A stretch of 64,000 bases of DNA, taken from assembly GCA_047967505.1 (NCBI GenBank), contig CM106538.1, one strand, 5' to 3'. Shown in pieces: positions 26,490 through 40,000 of this stretch. The stretch is from Dipteris shenzhenensis. Its lineage: Eukaryota. The notes beneath the pieces were generated by a model. The model was not told the DNA's origin. It ran no database searches and worked only from the letters and a program-made list of their open reading frames with translations. The translations under genes were made by a program, and so were the position numbers. Position 1 is the stretch's first letter. Each line of letters begins with the position of its first letter.

Positions 26490-29310
26490 CATAGGAGGTG
26501 ATGACTTTTAATCCTTCTATTTCATAGTTAGACCTCTCATTGAATTCTTGTATAGGAGCCCATAATGGATACCTTTCCTTGCTGGGAATTGAAGTTAAGA
26601 GACCGTAAGGTTCTTTAGGTTCCCATTTTGTATCATGAGAATACTGTTGCCATTGCATTATGGGTTTTTCATCTTAAAAAAAAAACGAAAGTAGTGTGGA
26701 TTGGTATGACCTGTCAATGCATCACCACCCGTTTGTATGAAAGTTAGAATGAAGCTCTTCCAATCATACATTCTTTCGAGCCTCTCACATACTGTACTTT
26801 CCTTACGACCACCAACTTGCCAACCTCATCTTCTTACCAAGTCATCTATTGTCTCCACATCCTTGCATTTAAGCTCCCTTGAGACTGCTAAAAACTTGAT
26901 CGATATCCTCATGTGTATGCCCAACATACAAAAATCCACATTTGACCTCATTGAAGCTTCGATGAGCAACTAGCATGGAGCAGAATGCAAACATGAGTAC
27001 ATTCTTATTTTCTCGCCAGCAATTATCAGCTTGTATTCTCAAAGTCGGTAGTAGGCGACCTTTTTCTGCATGTACATTGCAAATTGCCTTCATAATAGAT
27101 GTTACAACTTGATTGCCATCATGTAGATGCAAGGAATCAATCCATATATCTGCAAAGAACTTAATTCCATGCACTAACACTCCACATAGATGTGTCTTTA
27201 GAAAGTGTTTTCCTTGTAATTTAGGTGGAGTGCAACAAAACGAGGCAATGTTGTTGTATTCTGATCCATGCCATCTACAATAAGGCACATGTAGTCATCG
27301 GGATGCGAAATAGCTTGCTCCTTCCAAAATGCATATTTTTGTCTGGAATGTCGAATAAGGTCATGATAAGATTTTCGGTTTTTTTTGTATAATTCCCTTT
27401 GATTCGGACATGCTATTCGGACATGCTGTACTCTCAATCGCTCGCTTTAAATCATCACAGACATTGCACTTTGACATTTTTTGCCTCCTTGGGATTTTAA
27501 CATATCCAAAGTTCTTCTTCCAAAGAGTATACAAAGTATGAGAAGAAGCTACAGCATCCCCTCTTTGCCTTTGCTTTTCTGCAATAGAGTCAAATACTTT
27601 GAGCTTTGTTAAGCCCATTGGAAGGTGCATTTTAGTGATCGCATCACCGTTAGGGAGTTTGGTAGATATATGGGGTTGAGGTAAAGCATTTTCATGTATG
27701 AAGTCTTGCAAAATTGCTGCTGCCCTGATAGTTGAGATTCTTGATTTGGACCTTCCTCTATTATCGTGAATGCTAAATTTATTGCCACCCTTTGCCTTGG
27801 TGACTAAATCCCAATATGTACCATGGGATAATCCAGTAATATTGCGATATGTCTTATTGCAAATCCTTTTTCCATTTACGAGAGGTTTTACCTTTTGTCT
27901 TGAACTTAGCCTTTTATTGCCATTCTGAAGAAAGCAAGAGAGACTTGTGAGAAGGTATTCATTTCTTTCGCTACCTCTTCTTTGCCACACGTGTCCTCTA
28001 CATTCCCTGATGTCTGCAAGATCAATGAAGCGCATACATCTTCGCTTGCAACATAGATATCCCAATGCATTTAACATGTTCTCCTCCTTCATTACTCTCT
28101 TCCTCTTTGGTTGCTTTTGTGGATCTGCATGGATTCGCTTTCTCTTCATGCATATGTATGACCGTTTTCGTTCCTGCACGTTGTTGTCTGTATTTATGCA
28201 CTTCTTCTCCTCACATTTGTTTGTAACCAAGCATCCATAATTGGTCGTTGCATCCTTGGCCATATCACAATCAAAGTTAAATATTGAATAATCCTCTGTT
28301 GATCTTATGCTCGTTTTTAACATACTCTTAGGACCATTCAATGAATTCAATATTCTACGAGAGTATTGAGAACCTTGAAACTCTTCCACTCCTGAGAGAA
28401 CATCACTCATTGGGAGACCTTGCATGGCTTTCACAAATCCATAAGCTTGATTGACACCAGGTTTGTTAATATGCATGAACTCATCCACACTTGACAAGAC
28501 ATCGCTATTGAAACCTTTGCCCTTCTCACTGTGCAAGAATTCATCCACCCCATATAAGGCTTCGCTTCTAAAATCATTTTGTTTCTCGGAACCAATGAAC
28601 TCATCCACTCCAGATAAGATGTCACTTCTATAATTGAGTACATTGAAATCATCCACATTTGAAGTAATAGAGCCTGGCACATGGGCACGCTTTTTAGGTC
28701 CTTTGATATTGTAGTATACCTTGTCTTTATCATTAAAAACCACGTGCCTCTTTCTCATGTTTAAAAATTGCATGCTCCATCTCATATTCTTGCCTACCTC
28801 ATAGTAGGGATCACATAAGGATGTTATGTTATCAACCATACCATCATCAGTGACTTTTAAAATCCTCATCTATGCAAATGACCATTGCTCCACTTGTTCA
28901 AATCCCAATACTTCACCTTCTGGTACAGTCTTATTTGCAAATGATCTCATTTGTAAAATGTCCCCTATAGTAAAATCCAAGGTGGTGCTTTTTGTATTCT
29001 TGATAATGTATGTTGCATAAGTCTCATCTTTGTCCCATGCTATAAATGATTTGTTGGATGTATTGTAGGGCATAACATCTCCAAGTGTTTCCATATCTCC
29101 ACATTTATACTTTAGCTCAACATGTGCGCTAAGAATCTTTGATATAGTAACTGCCACCTTATCTTCGCCAAGTCTTCGAAAGTGGCAAATTGAATTGGGA
29201 TCACTATCATGGATTGTAGTAAATGCAAGTACTTCTCTTTTGCTACATAAAATCACATCCATCCCTAGAACAAAATCTATAGCCATCTCCTTTGTGAGAG
29301 TCCTTCGCAA
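26490..29310 (-). pseudogene. Sola-like DDD transposase (DUF7869-type), frameshifted
   Basis: CCKRRC, ICNKTY..GLS, CNVC, LIVDGMDQN, QADNCWRENKN, FLYVGHTHEDIDQVFS. ORFs 28870-29310 and 27361-28869 are in frame across one TAG. Element termini were not resolved. Confidence 0.75.
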
Positions 29311-29685
29311 GCAAGCTGCAGTAGCAACAATTACATAAATATTAGTCTCTTTTTAATAATCTACTCATTTATTATAATTTTTAATTAGTACTTAATTTAT
29401 TGGTGGGAGAAGTTATCCGATCAAGTACTCATCAGATGGACACACCAAGTTATCCTTTGCATGGTCGATCGAGCATTAAATACTATTTTTGCCCTAGTGT
29501 CATGCACCTCCGTAAAAAAACACGCTGCTAGGTATGTTATCCAATCAAGCACTTATGGGATGGGCGTGCCACTTTGCATGTAAGTCAATTCCACCTAGTT
29601 GAAGGTGTGTGCAAAGTATTATGCCCATCAGCAGATATGCTTTGCATTGTCGATCAAGCATAAAACACCATTTTTGGCTTAGTGT

Positions 29686-32600
29686 TGAGAGTGCTCTCAA
29701 CGGAAGCAAGAACGGAAGAGGGAGAGAGAGCGAGAGAGAGAGACAGAGAGCCACACAAGTTTTGGTGGGTGCAGAGCCACCCTAATCTTCTTTTTCATTC
29801 ATTTATATATGTGTTTGAGTATTGTACATAACTGGGGTTAAGGCACAGTGACCTTTAACCCCCACAACCTCCCACTTAAAGGACAATGTGCCTTTAAGAG
29901 AGAACAACTAGTGAGCATACTATCCAATGCCCATCAATACACGACAATACTCAAACCGCTGACTAGGTAGACTCTTCGTCAGCATATCTGCAGGGTTATC
30001 ATCTGTATGAACCTTGACAAGCTCTATGCGCTTGTCCTCAAGTACCTCCCTGATGAAATGATACCTGACCTCAATGTGTTTGGTCTTTGCATGAAAGACC
30101 GGATTCCGTGCTAGCTGAATAGCACTCATGGAATCACTATGCAATGTCGGTACACCTGTATGAATCCCCAAATCTCCCACTAGCCGATCAAGCCATATAG
30201 CCTCCTTGCAACCCTCTGTGGCTGCAACATACTCAGCCTCTGTGGTAGACAAAGCAACGCACTTCTGTGCGCGAGACATCCACGACACTGCACCACCTGC
30301 AAAGGTGAACACATAACCAGAAGTGGATCTCCTACTATCCACATGCCCTGCATAGTCTGAATCTGTGTACCCAAGTACATGCATGTCTCCTTTACCAAAG
30401 CAGATGCACATCTCCTTGGTACCCTTCATGTACCTCATGATGCACTTAACTGCCTCCCAATGCCTCTTTCCTGGATTAGCCATATACCGGCTAACAACTC
30501 CCACTGCAAATGCAATGTCTGGTCTAGTAGCTATCATAGCATACATAAGACTCCCAACTGCTGATGCATAAGGAACCTTGGCCATCATGGCCCTTTCCTC
30601 ATCTGATTTGGGACTATCTGTATGACTCAGTTTCACATATGGAGGCAATGGAGTACTCACTGCCTTCCCCCCCTCCATATTGAAATGCTGCAATACTTTT
30701 GTAACATACTCTTTTTGTGAAAGCCAAAGGAGTTCCTACTCCGATCACGCGTGATGCGCATACCAAGAATATGACCTGCAAGTCCCAAATCCTTCATATC
30801 AAAGGCCTCATGCAACTTGGCCTTTAATGCATCTAGCTCATAAGTATTCTTGCTAGCCAATAGCATATCATCCACATATAGTGCCAGGATTATTAGGCTA
30901 TTATCCTTAGCCCTTTTAGTGTAGAGGCAGTGATCAATTTCACTCCTTCTAAAACCCTGGGACCGAATGAAAGCATCAAACTTCTGATACCATTCTCTAG
31001 GTGCTTGCTTAAGACCATAGAGACTCTTTTTCAGCTTGCAAACTAAATGCTCTTTGCCCTTTTCTTCAAAGCCTTCCGGCTGCACCATGTAGATGTCCTC
31101 ATGCAAATCCCCATGCAAGAAAGCTGTCTTGACATCCATTTGCATAAGCTCCATATCCTCTACTGCCACTAGTCCAAGCATGCATCTAAGTGTGGTCATC
31201 TTCACAACCGGAGAGAATATCTCATCAAAGTCCACACCCTTCTCTTGCTTGAACCCTTTAGCAACCAAACGGGCCTTGTATCTAGGCACATCATCACCTG
31301 TGACCTTCATTTTGTAGACCCATTTACATGGCAATGCTTTCTTTCCATGTGGCAAAGAAACCAAGTCCCAAGTCTTATTCTTCATAAGTGAACTCATCTC
31401 TGATTGCATAGCATACTCCCACTTACGTTGATCCTCACGCATCATAGCCTCTCTGTAGCAAGAAGGCTCCCCGCAATCAGTAAGCATCACATAGTCTACC
31501 CCTGGAACAAACCTATCAGGCGGTCCAGACACTCTAGATGATCTTCTCAATGGCATTTCAGCTTGCTGTCCCACTTGCATATCAGCCACATTTGGCTCAT
31601 CATTTCCACCAATAGATGATCCATCATCTACCCTTGATTGTATACCTGTGGGAGTACTTGGTTGTACCATTTCTTGCACATTTGGTGCATGGACAGCTTG
31701 CTGTCTATCAACATATGTAGGTGGATTCACATCCTGGAAAGTGATTCTCCTCATTTCCACATCCCTCATGGGTGCCTTATGCATCTTCTTCTCATTGAAG
31801 ACCACATCATGGCTGCGTATGATCTTCTTTGCTTCTGGATCCCAGAGACGATAGCCCATCTCTCCACTTTCACCATAACCTAGAAAGATGCATTTCCTAG
31901 ACTTAGGATCTAGCTTCTTTCGAAGCTCTTTTGGCACATGTGCATATGCCTCACACCCAAATATACGCAAATGAGAGTAAGATGGCTTCTTGCCACTCCA
32001 TGCCTCTTCAGGAATACCACCATCCAAACTCTTACTAGGTGATCTATTGATCACATGCACTGCAGTCTTCATTGCCTCAGCCCAAAAACCACTAGAAAGA
32101 CTTGCATTGGAAAGCATGCATTGCAACCTTTCTTGAATGGTACGGTTCATCTTTTCTGCAACTGGATTTTGCTCTGGAGTACGAGGGGATGTGAGCTCCC
32201 TCTTAATCCCACGTGTATCACAGAAATGCTGAAAGTCATGAGAGAGATACTCTCCACCATTGTCAGTCCGTAGGCATTTAAGCGTTCTACCTGACTGATT
32301 CTCAACCAAGGCCAGCCATTTCTGAAATACCTGGAACACATCACTCTTCCGAGCTATAGCATAAGCCCACACTTTCCTAGTTGCATCATCAATGAATGTC
32401 ACATAGTATTCAGCCCCGCCTAATGACCGTGTAGGCATGGGACCACATACGTCTGAATGCACCAAATCAAGCATTTCAAACTCTTTCTTTCCCCTTCTTT
32501 TATGGGCTGATTTAGTCTGCTTCCCATAGAGACAATGCTCACAAAATTCAAAATCAGAGAAACTCAAATGCGGTACATAACCCAAATGGCATAAGAGTTT

Positions 32601-35590
32601 CATTCCATTCTGGCTCATGTGCCCCAACCTGCAATGCCACAAAGAAGTGCTTGGCTGCTCGGTTATTGCAACAACATGATCAAATACCCCTGATACATGT
32701 AAGGGATACAAAGTCCCACACTTGGCACCCCTGGCCAAAAGCATAGAGCCCTTTTGAATTTTCCAACTTTGAAAGCCAAAAGTGGTGTGAAAACCAGCAT
32801 CATCTAGCTGACCCACTGAAATAAGACTCTTGGTCAGCTTAGGCACATGTCTCACATGTTTCAAAACAAATGCAGACCCATTTGCAAAAGAAAACTTTAT
32901 GTCACCTGCTCCCACTATGTCACATGCATAGTCATTTCCAAGATGCACACAACCTGTCTTTCCACTATCATAAGTGGAGAACCATTCCCTATGGGGAGTA
33001 ACATGGAATGAAGCACCAGAATCCAAAATCCAATCCTGGGAATATGCATCATCTGAAGTGGTAAGCAACTCTGCAGATAAAGTAGACATGAAGAGAACAT
33101 CATTGTCACTATCACGTGTGACTGCATTGATCTCCTCGATCTTCACTTTTCCTTTGTCCTCCCTTGGACTCTCTTCCTTTTGATTTGCACCCCAATTTGC
33201 ATTCTTTTTCTTATCCTTTTGCTCTCTTTTCAGCTTGTAGCAATCCTTTTTCATATGGCCCTTCTTGCCACAGTGGTAACACTCAATGTTTCGTGCCCTG
33301 GATTTGCTACGAGACTTTCCTCTTTCTTGGGACTTCCCCCTGAACTGTGATCTGCCCCTTTGCACATTTAAGGCTGCATCCTGCTTGTTGCCATCCATAG
33401 ACTTCCGTCTAATCTCCTCGGCCAACAAGCTACCCACAACATCATCAAATTTCAGTACTCCACCAGGTGCAGAGTTACTGACAGCTGTACGGAAGGTATC
33501 CCATGAGGATGGCAATGAACATAAGAGAAATATTGCCTTAGTCTCCGCATCAAAATTCATCTTTTGAGCCTGAAGCTGGCTGAAAATAATATTGAATTCA
33601 TTCAAGTGAGAAGCAATGGAGACCCCTTCCTTCATTTGCAGCTCAAACAACCTCTTCATGAGGTAAAATTTATTAGAGGCAGTTTCCTTCTCATAAGTGG
33701 CACACAGTTTCTTCCACAAATCTTCAGTAGTCTGCTCATTTACTACTGTGAAATAAACTGACTCTGCAAGATGGAGTCTAATAGTAGACTTTGCTAATGC
33801 ATCCAACTCATTCCAATCATCCTCAGACATATTTGCAGGCTTAGCTTCAATCCCTGCCAAGGGTTTAATCTGCTTCTTTTGAATAAGCACATCCCTTATC
33901 TGTTCTTTCCACAAAGAAAAGTTTGTCCCATCAAACTTTTTAATGCTGAAAAACTCCTTTTCAGACGTGGAAGAGGATGCCATGATGCAAATGAAACAAA
34001 ATCCCAAATGCTAGTACCTGCAAGAGAGAATCACACCAAATACTAGGTGCACCCAAATGTGTATGCCACAATAGAGTGAAATATCACCAAAACTCAAAGC
34101 GCAAAGCATCTGACTCATGTGCATATACTATGCATCCATATGAGCAAATCTAGCCCAAAAGAAAATGCCAATAAGTCCCAAATGACTCAAGCATAAACAC
34201 CGTCCACTGCATATGCATCAATAATGTCTCATCCAAGAGAGCATAGCACTATCAGTGCATCACCAACAATGTTTCAAAGCTGTCCCTCAGCATAAAATAA
34301 CATCCATATGCAAAGCGTCCATAAAAAATAGCATCCCACAAGGTAATTTGGGCCTATCAGCGCATCCAACAAGGACCGCAATGCATCCAAATGGCCTATA
34401 AATCATCCACTGCAACCCAATGCATACCACGAATGAGCGCACACTGCTCAAACTGCAACCAGAGTGATCTGCATAAGGTATGCTCAAGAAATCATAGTCC
34501 CACGGTAATGAGCGCTACTGAAAATAGAACCTGAGATGCTTCAAAACATGGGCGCCATTGCATAATCGGACTGAGCAAGAAAATCTGCAAATATCTCTCT
34601 TCTGCCAGAACTCCAAAATCCCAACCGATGAGTGAGAAATGGGAGTCAACACTTATCCACTGCCATGTGGCATAAATCTAAGGTTTCAAAACCTTAGTAT
34701 GAAAAATGCATAACAGAGAGACGAAATCGAATACACAGAGATTTATAACTCTGAAAATCCTCCACCGAATCATGCAAGAACTGATAGGTAGGGGTTTTTG
34801 GGCGTCCGGAACGCAATGGGACAGACGGTTTTGGAAACCGTGGTCTCAATCACTGGGTCCAACACACGGACTGAAAAACGTTTTTGGAAACAGAGCTATC
34901 TGTAAACTCTACCGGAGTGCGAATGATGAGCAACATAGAAGTTTTAGGACCTCCTGAGTCCACCGAAACTGACAGATCTACAAATGGTTGCTCCAAACTT
35001 GAGTTCCAACACCCGGGCAAAAAACGCAGGAATTGACACAGTGAGTCAGAAATCCACTGAAATGATCTCAGATTCAAGAATGAAGGTGTTTCCAAGCTCC
35101 TGAAGTAATGTGGACACCAAAAGCAAGCAATAGTTGCCTCCACAAGTCAATACGGAGTCTCTGTCATCGAACGGAATAGGGAAAAGCTCAAAAAACGACT
35201 TTTTCTTTGAAAGCTCTTAACAGGCTCTCAAAACCACTTCGCAAAGCCAAAGTGACTTTTCCAAAGGTTCCTCCAAGGTCTCTGCACACTCGGATGCAAG
35301 TAAAGTCACCCACAAAGCTTCCCACAAAGCTTCTCCTTCCTCCCACAGAGCTGCTGAGCTTCAAGCATTCACGCACGCTCAGCTAGATCACCCAGGCTCT
35401 GATACCAGTTGAGAGTGCTCTCAACGGAAGCAAGAACGGAAGAGGGAGAGAGAGCGAGAGAGAGAGACAGAGAGCCACACAAGTTTTGGTGGGTGCAGAA
35501 CCACCCTAATCTTCTTTTTCATTCATTTATATATGTGTTTGAGTATTGTACATAACTGGGGTTAAGGCACAGTGACCTTTAACCCCCACA
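29686..35590 (-). mobile_element. Full-length young Ty1/Copia LTR retrotransposon
   Basis: 181-bp LTRs at 29686-29866 and 35410-35590 with TG..CA ends and one mismatch seen. 5-bp TSD AGTGT. PBS TGGTATCAGAGC (tRNA-iMet) at ~35396-35407. PPT AAGTGGGAGGT next to the 3' LTR. Confidence 0.98.
29920..33983 (-). CDS. Copia gag-pol polyprotein (gag, zinc knuckle, PR, GAG-pre-IN, IN, RT, RNase H) with one frameshift at ~30735
   Basis: CYHCGKKGHMKKDC, WILDSGAS, VHSDVCG, LRTDNGGEY, YKARLVAKGF, LYVDDM, GYTDSDYAG, KHIEVRYHF. ORFs 30657-34007 and 29920-30693 overlap, with a 1-nt frame change. Confidence 0.95.
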
Positions 35591-35641
35591 AGTGTCATGC
35601 ACAACCATGAAAAAACATGGTCCTAAGTGTGAACTAGGGTG

Positions 35642-36064
35642 GTAGCAAGCTAAGGGTGTCCACTTCCAGACCACTTTCGGGTGAGTGTGACACCCGTTCG
35701 AGTGAAAATACAAAGGTTTTGCTTCGGTCTGCAATACCTCGATCGAGGTATTATCTCCAATGAAAATCACACACGAGGACAACCGAACCAAGCCGATACC
35801 TCGATCGAGGTGCTGGACTTTTTTCACCGAACCGAGCCTATACCTCATCGAGGTCTCTTGGCATGCCACCTATACATGCCACCTATACCTCGTTCGAGGT
35901 ATCGTGGCAATCCAGCTATACCTCGATCGAGGTATTGTGGCATGTCCAGCTATACCTCGATCGAGGTATGTGCCATCTGACAGGGCAGTTGACATACCTC
36001 GATCGAGGTATGCTAGACCGATGACTTGGTCGCATGTCGAATACGTCAATCGAGACATGTGGCA
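35642..36064. mobile_element. Start of a GTAGCAAGC-family TIR element with a palindrome array; it resumes at 49779 after the 13.7 kb insertion
   Basis: 24-bp terminus matches 1770-1793 inverted. ATACCTCGATCGAGGTAT copies at ~35734-36011 continue at ~49795-50027. Confidence 0.6.
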
Positions 36065-37029
36065 CTCAGGGGGGTCACTTAGTGTAATATGTCTATATCA
36101 CGTGCGTGCAAGGGTTCTTTTCTAAATCCCTATGTAACCTATTTGTAGTATTTCCTGGTATCCCCTCTGTAAATTCTGGGAAATTTTATAAATCCCCTTC
36201 TGTAAGTATATTTATTTTCCTAGAGGAATTTTAAAAGTCCTTATGTGAGTCATACACTACTACTTTTGGAGTCCCTTTAGGTAGGATGAGATATTTAAAC
36301 TGCAAGATCTCTACATCACCTGCATTATTTGAATCTACACACAAAAAATTGAGGTACCGACTGCAATAATGGGCAATGCATAAGTTTAAGATGGGTTTGT
36401 GTCCTGATGATGCCATAAGGCAAGAGAAACAAAGAATAAAGACATATGTGCAAAAATTAAGAGGAACAAATATCAAACAAGACAAATCATGTGTGCCGTA
36501 CACCAAGAGCAAAGAATTGTGCAAAGCCACTTGAAACACGTAAAGAGCTCAAGAAACAACCTTTATAAAAATACTACATGAAAGATTGGGAGCTTTTATA
36601 AATGCTTTATATCTTTCAATTTTTTACAAAACCATATGTATGGGTGTTTTAGCTAAGAGAAGGGATGATAGATTAGCCAATTTTACAAAGCATTCAATGA
36701 TGATATATAATATTTATTTCTTGCCAAATACAAACATCCACTAAGTCATATCAAACCATGAAGCCATGGTATTAAAACCATAGAGGCTACATTCATACAA
36801 CATCTTGTTGTACCCGATGCCAAAATAGCATTTTTAAACTTGCTTAATGGCATTCATATAAACAAAAGTACGCAGGCAGTTGCAAATCATCCACTTGTGG
36901 GATTCAAGGTCCTGCAAAAAAATAATTTAAAAAATCCATCAAGAGAAATCAAACTAAACTCAGCGCATAGTAATAATCGTAATAAGGCTTTTATCATATT
37001 AGAAAGATAACAAAGAAGCCCCTACCAAG

Positions 37030-40000
37030 TGCATTTAATGCCCCTTTACAAAGTCATTGAATACATTCCAATTATTCTCATCTAAAGTATACTTATTGCT
37101 ATTACACTCATAGGTGAGGTTTGCCAATGCAATTACGCTCTCAATATTTATCATGTCAAGGTCTGTAAGGTCATATGTGAAGCATCTTGAACCTTTTGCC
37201 TTTTGATACCACCCAAGCTAGACTTCTACTCCAAAAGGTCTATCTGAAAGGTTGAACCCTCTTTTATATTCCACATACCCCCCACCAACCTTTCTCCTCA
37301 TTTTTTGAACTCGTCCAAGGTACCATGTAGCTTGTGTTTTCTTTTTTTGCAAAGATCTTGGATTGCATTTCCTTTTGCTTTTCCTTGTTTTGTGTTCTTC
37401 ATGAAAGAATACGGCACAATCGGAACCTATTCCAAATAGGTTCTCATTTGATGTAGCAAGAGGTATAGCTTCCTTAGAGTAGTATACTCCTTGGCAAACC
37501 CTTGTGAGTCTATCTTTAGAGAGTGTGGGATTTCCATTAAGTTGGCTTACCAATGTGGACTTGAAGAGAGTTTTACCATCAATGGCAACAACTGGGCTCA
37601 CTGCTTCTTGTTCATCTAGGAGAGAATCCACCACATGTCTGATTTCACTTATGGAGGCATCGTTGTCATTATCATCTATTTCTGACACATGATCTGCTTG
37701 ACATTGGTCTTCTTCTCTCGGGGGGTTCACTCATCATATGTAACCCTATCACGTGAGTTCAACAGAAGGATATTTTTTATTTCTAAAATTTACAAAAATA
37801 AATATACATAAGGGACTATTTAAAATAGTTTTGGAAAAAATTTACAGATTTGTATAGAAAAGGGGTACATTTTATTAATGAAAAATTTACAGGTAAGGGA
37901 TTTTAGAAATATGCCTTGAACGCACGTGGTATAGAGGGTTTATACATAGTGACCCCCTCGAGCTTCTTCTTCAGAATCAGATTCTTGTGAATATGCATCT
38001 GCAAATCCATTTGACCAAGGTTCCATCCACCACTTCATATTCTCACCCTTTGGCTTCATATGCAAACTTTCACACCTTTCTTGAGCACTTTTTAGTCCCT
38101 TCTTCAATGCTTCGATGATTTTATCATCAGTTGACACACACTCATAGTCCCCTAGATTAGCTTCTCGCATGTTCTATTTGAGATTCAATTCTCTCCATAC
38201 ATGTTCTTGCTTCTTATGTGCCCTTGTAAATAGAGGACTATCCTCTTTGCATTCAAAGTGTGCAAGCCTATTCATACTACCTGCACTATGTAGCATATCC
38301 ATCAAGTCATAAGCGCGTTCTTGTCCCACCATGCTTCCAATCTTACTGAAGAAGATTTCAACTGCATCTGAACCTGTAAGATGTAAAGGACACCTTAGGC
38401 CTAGACAAAATTCTCTAAAGTACTTGATTAGTAGGACCACAAAATGGCATGAGAGTTGCACATCTAAGAAAGCTTCCTTAGTTATGAAGTTTCTATTCAA
38501 CGTATAGTTGGCATGATGAACAATCCAAGACCTCCAAATTTGAAAGAAAAAAGAGACTTTGCCCGCAAGATAGACTCGATCCACAAGATTCAAATGTGGA
38601 GATAAGAAGATGTCGATGTAGTCCCCAGCAATTTCAAGATAAGCTTGTGTTCCTAGCATGCTCCTCTCTTTTCTATGAATTCCATTGTTTGCCAATTCTC
38701 CAAGCACCATTGCACTTGTCTACTGCATATTCTTTGAGCTCCATCCCAATTTTGGCGGTCATCTCGCCTAATGTCTCCCTCCCTTAGCATATGCTTGTCG
38801 ATAGAAAAAGCATCATACACAATAATGACATGATTTAAGGTGATCCAAACATTGCCAATAGCCAATTGACGCTTAGGCTTGTCAAGAACATTAACTAACT
38901 TTTTTCCATTATGTACAAAATCTTGATCATGCAGCCCAAAAACTTGATTTTCTAAAACTTTTGCTGAGAGAGGCCATCCATCCCATTTTATCCCAAATCT
39001 ACTACCTCTTTTATCTAGATAATCGGAGATCATCAATGTTCTTCGTCGACTATCACCATCAGATGCATGTCCAATAATTGGACCAACCGTGGTCTTTAGC
39101 TTCTCATTCCATAAGTTTAAAATAGCATCCCATTGCTTGCGGACAAAACTTGCATCAAATCGGCCGCAAGTGCAATGAAGTGCAAGAACCAAGCGTGGGA
39201 GTGCATCATGCAATGGATTGGCAAGAAAAACTCTTGCACGTCCACCAATGACACAATTTTGAAATGCATCAATAATCTGATCATATCCTTTTTGTCCTTC
39301 TCCCACTTTGATCATGCATGTGGTCATGCACTCATGATCATCTACTTTATATCCATAAAAACCCACAAGCATGTCATCCTTTGGATTCCACCTACAAGCA
39401 ATAATAAGCACAAGTCTGTAAGATCATATGCAATCCTCTTGCATTCAAAAACAAGATTTAGATTATGAAAATAATTTAGAGAAAAAGGAGGTTACCTTAT
39501 CCGCTTCTTTATTGCAGTTTCATCTTCCACTATGATGAAGGGAATCCTTGACATGATTCCATGCTTTTCTTTTTCTTTTTCACAAATTTCAGTGATTGCA
39601 TCAAAAAGATATCCATGTATACCAGGTACAAACTGAGTAGCAAGTCTTTGCCCTCGCTTTGTCATTGATAAAGAAGGTCCATTGAGGTTGGAACTCAAGA
39701 AGTCATGTAACCTTGGACCTCCCCACATCCTTGCAACCTCAAATATTGCCTTTGTGTTCTCACTATATCTTTGTCTAGCACTTGACTTGATTATGTTTGT
39801 GGCAACATCTTGTAGAAAGTCCCATAAGGCAACTTTACCACCAAACTTTTCCAATCTATGGGCTTCGATTATGTTGTTGCAAAATCGTTTTACATCCTTT
39901 CGATTGAGAGACTCTATGCTAGCTTCTCTTAAAGTGCGGACTCTTACTGAAAGAATGGCAACCTGAGACTTTGCCCACCATAGTTGCTTAGAAAGGTCTC

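Noticed and set aside
1770-35665. One 34 kb element bounded by the 24-bp inverted repeat
   Set aside because: No TSD outside the pair, and the associated palindrome arrays lie outside rather than inside. Two separate copies fit better.
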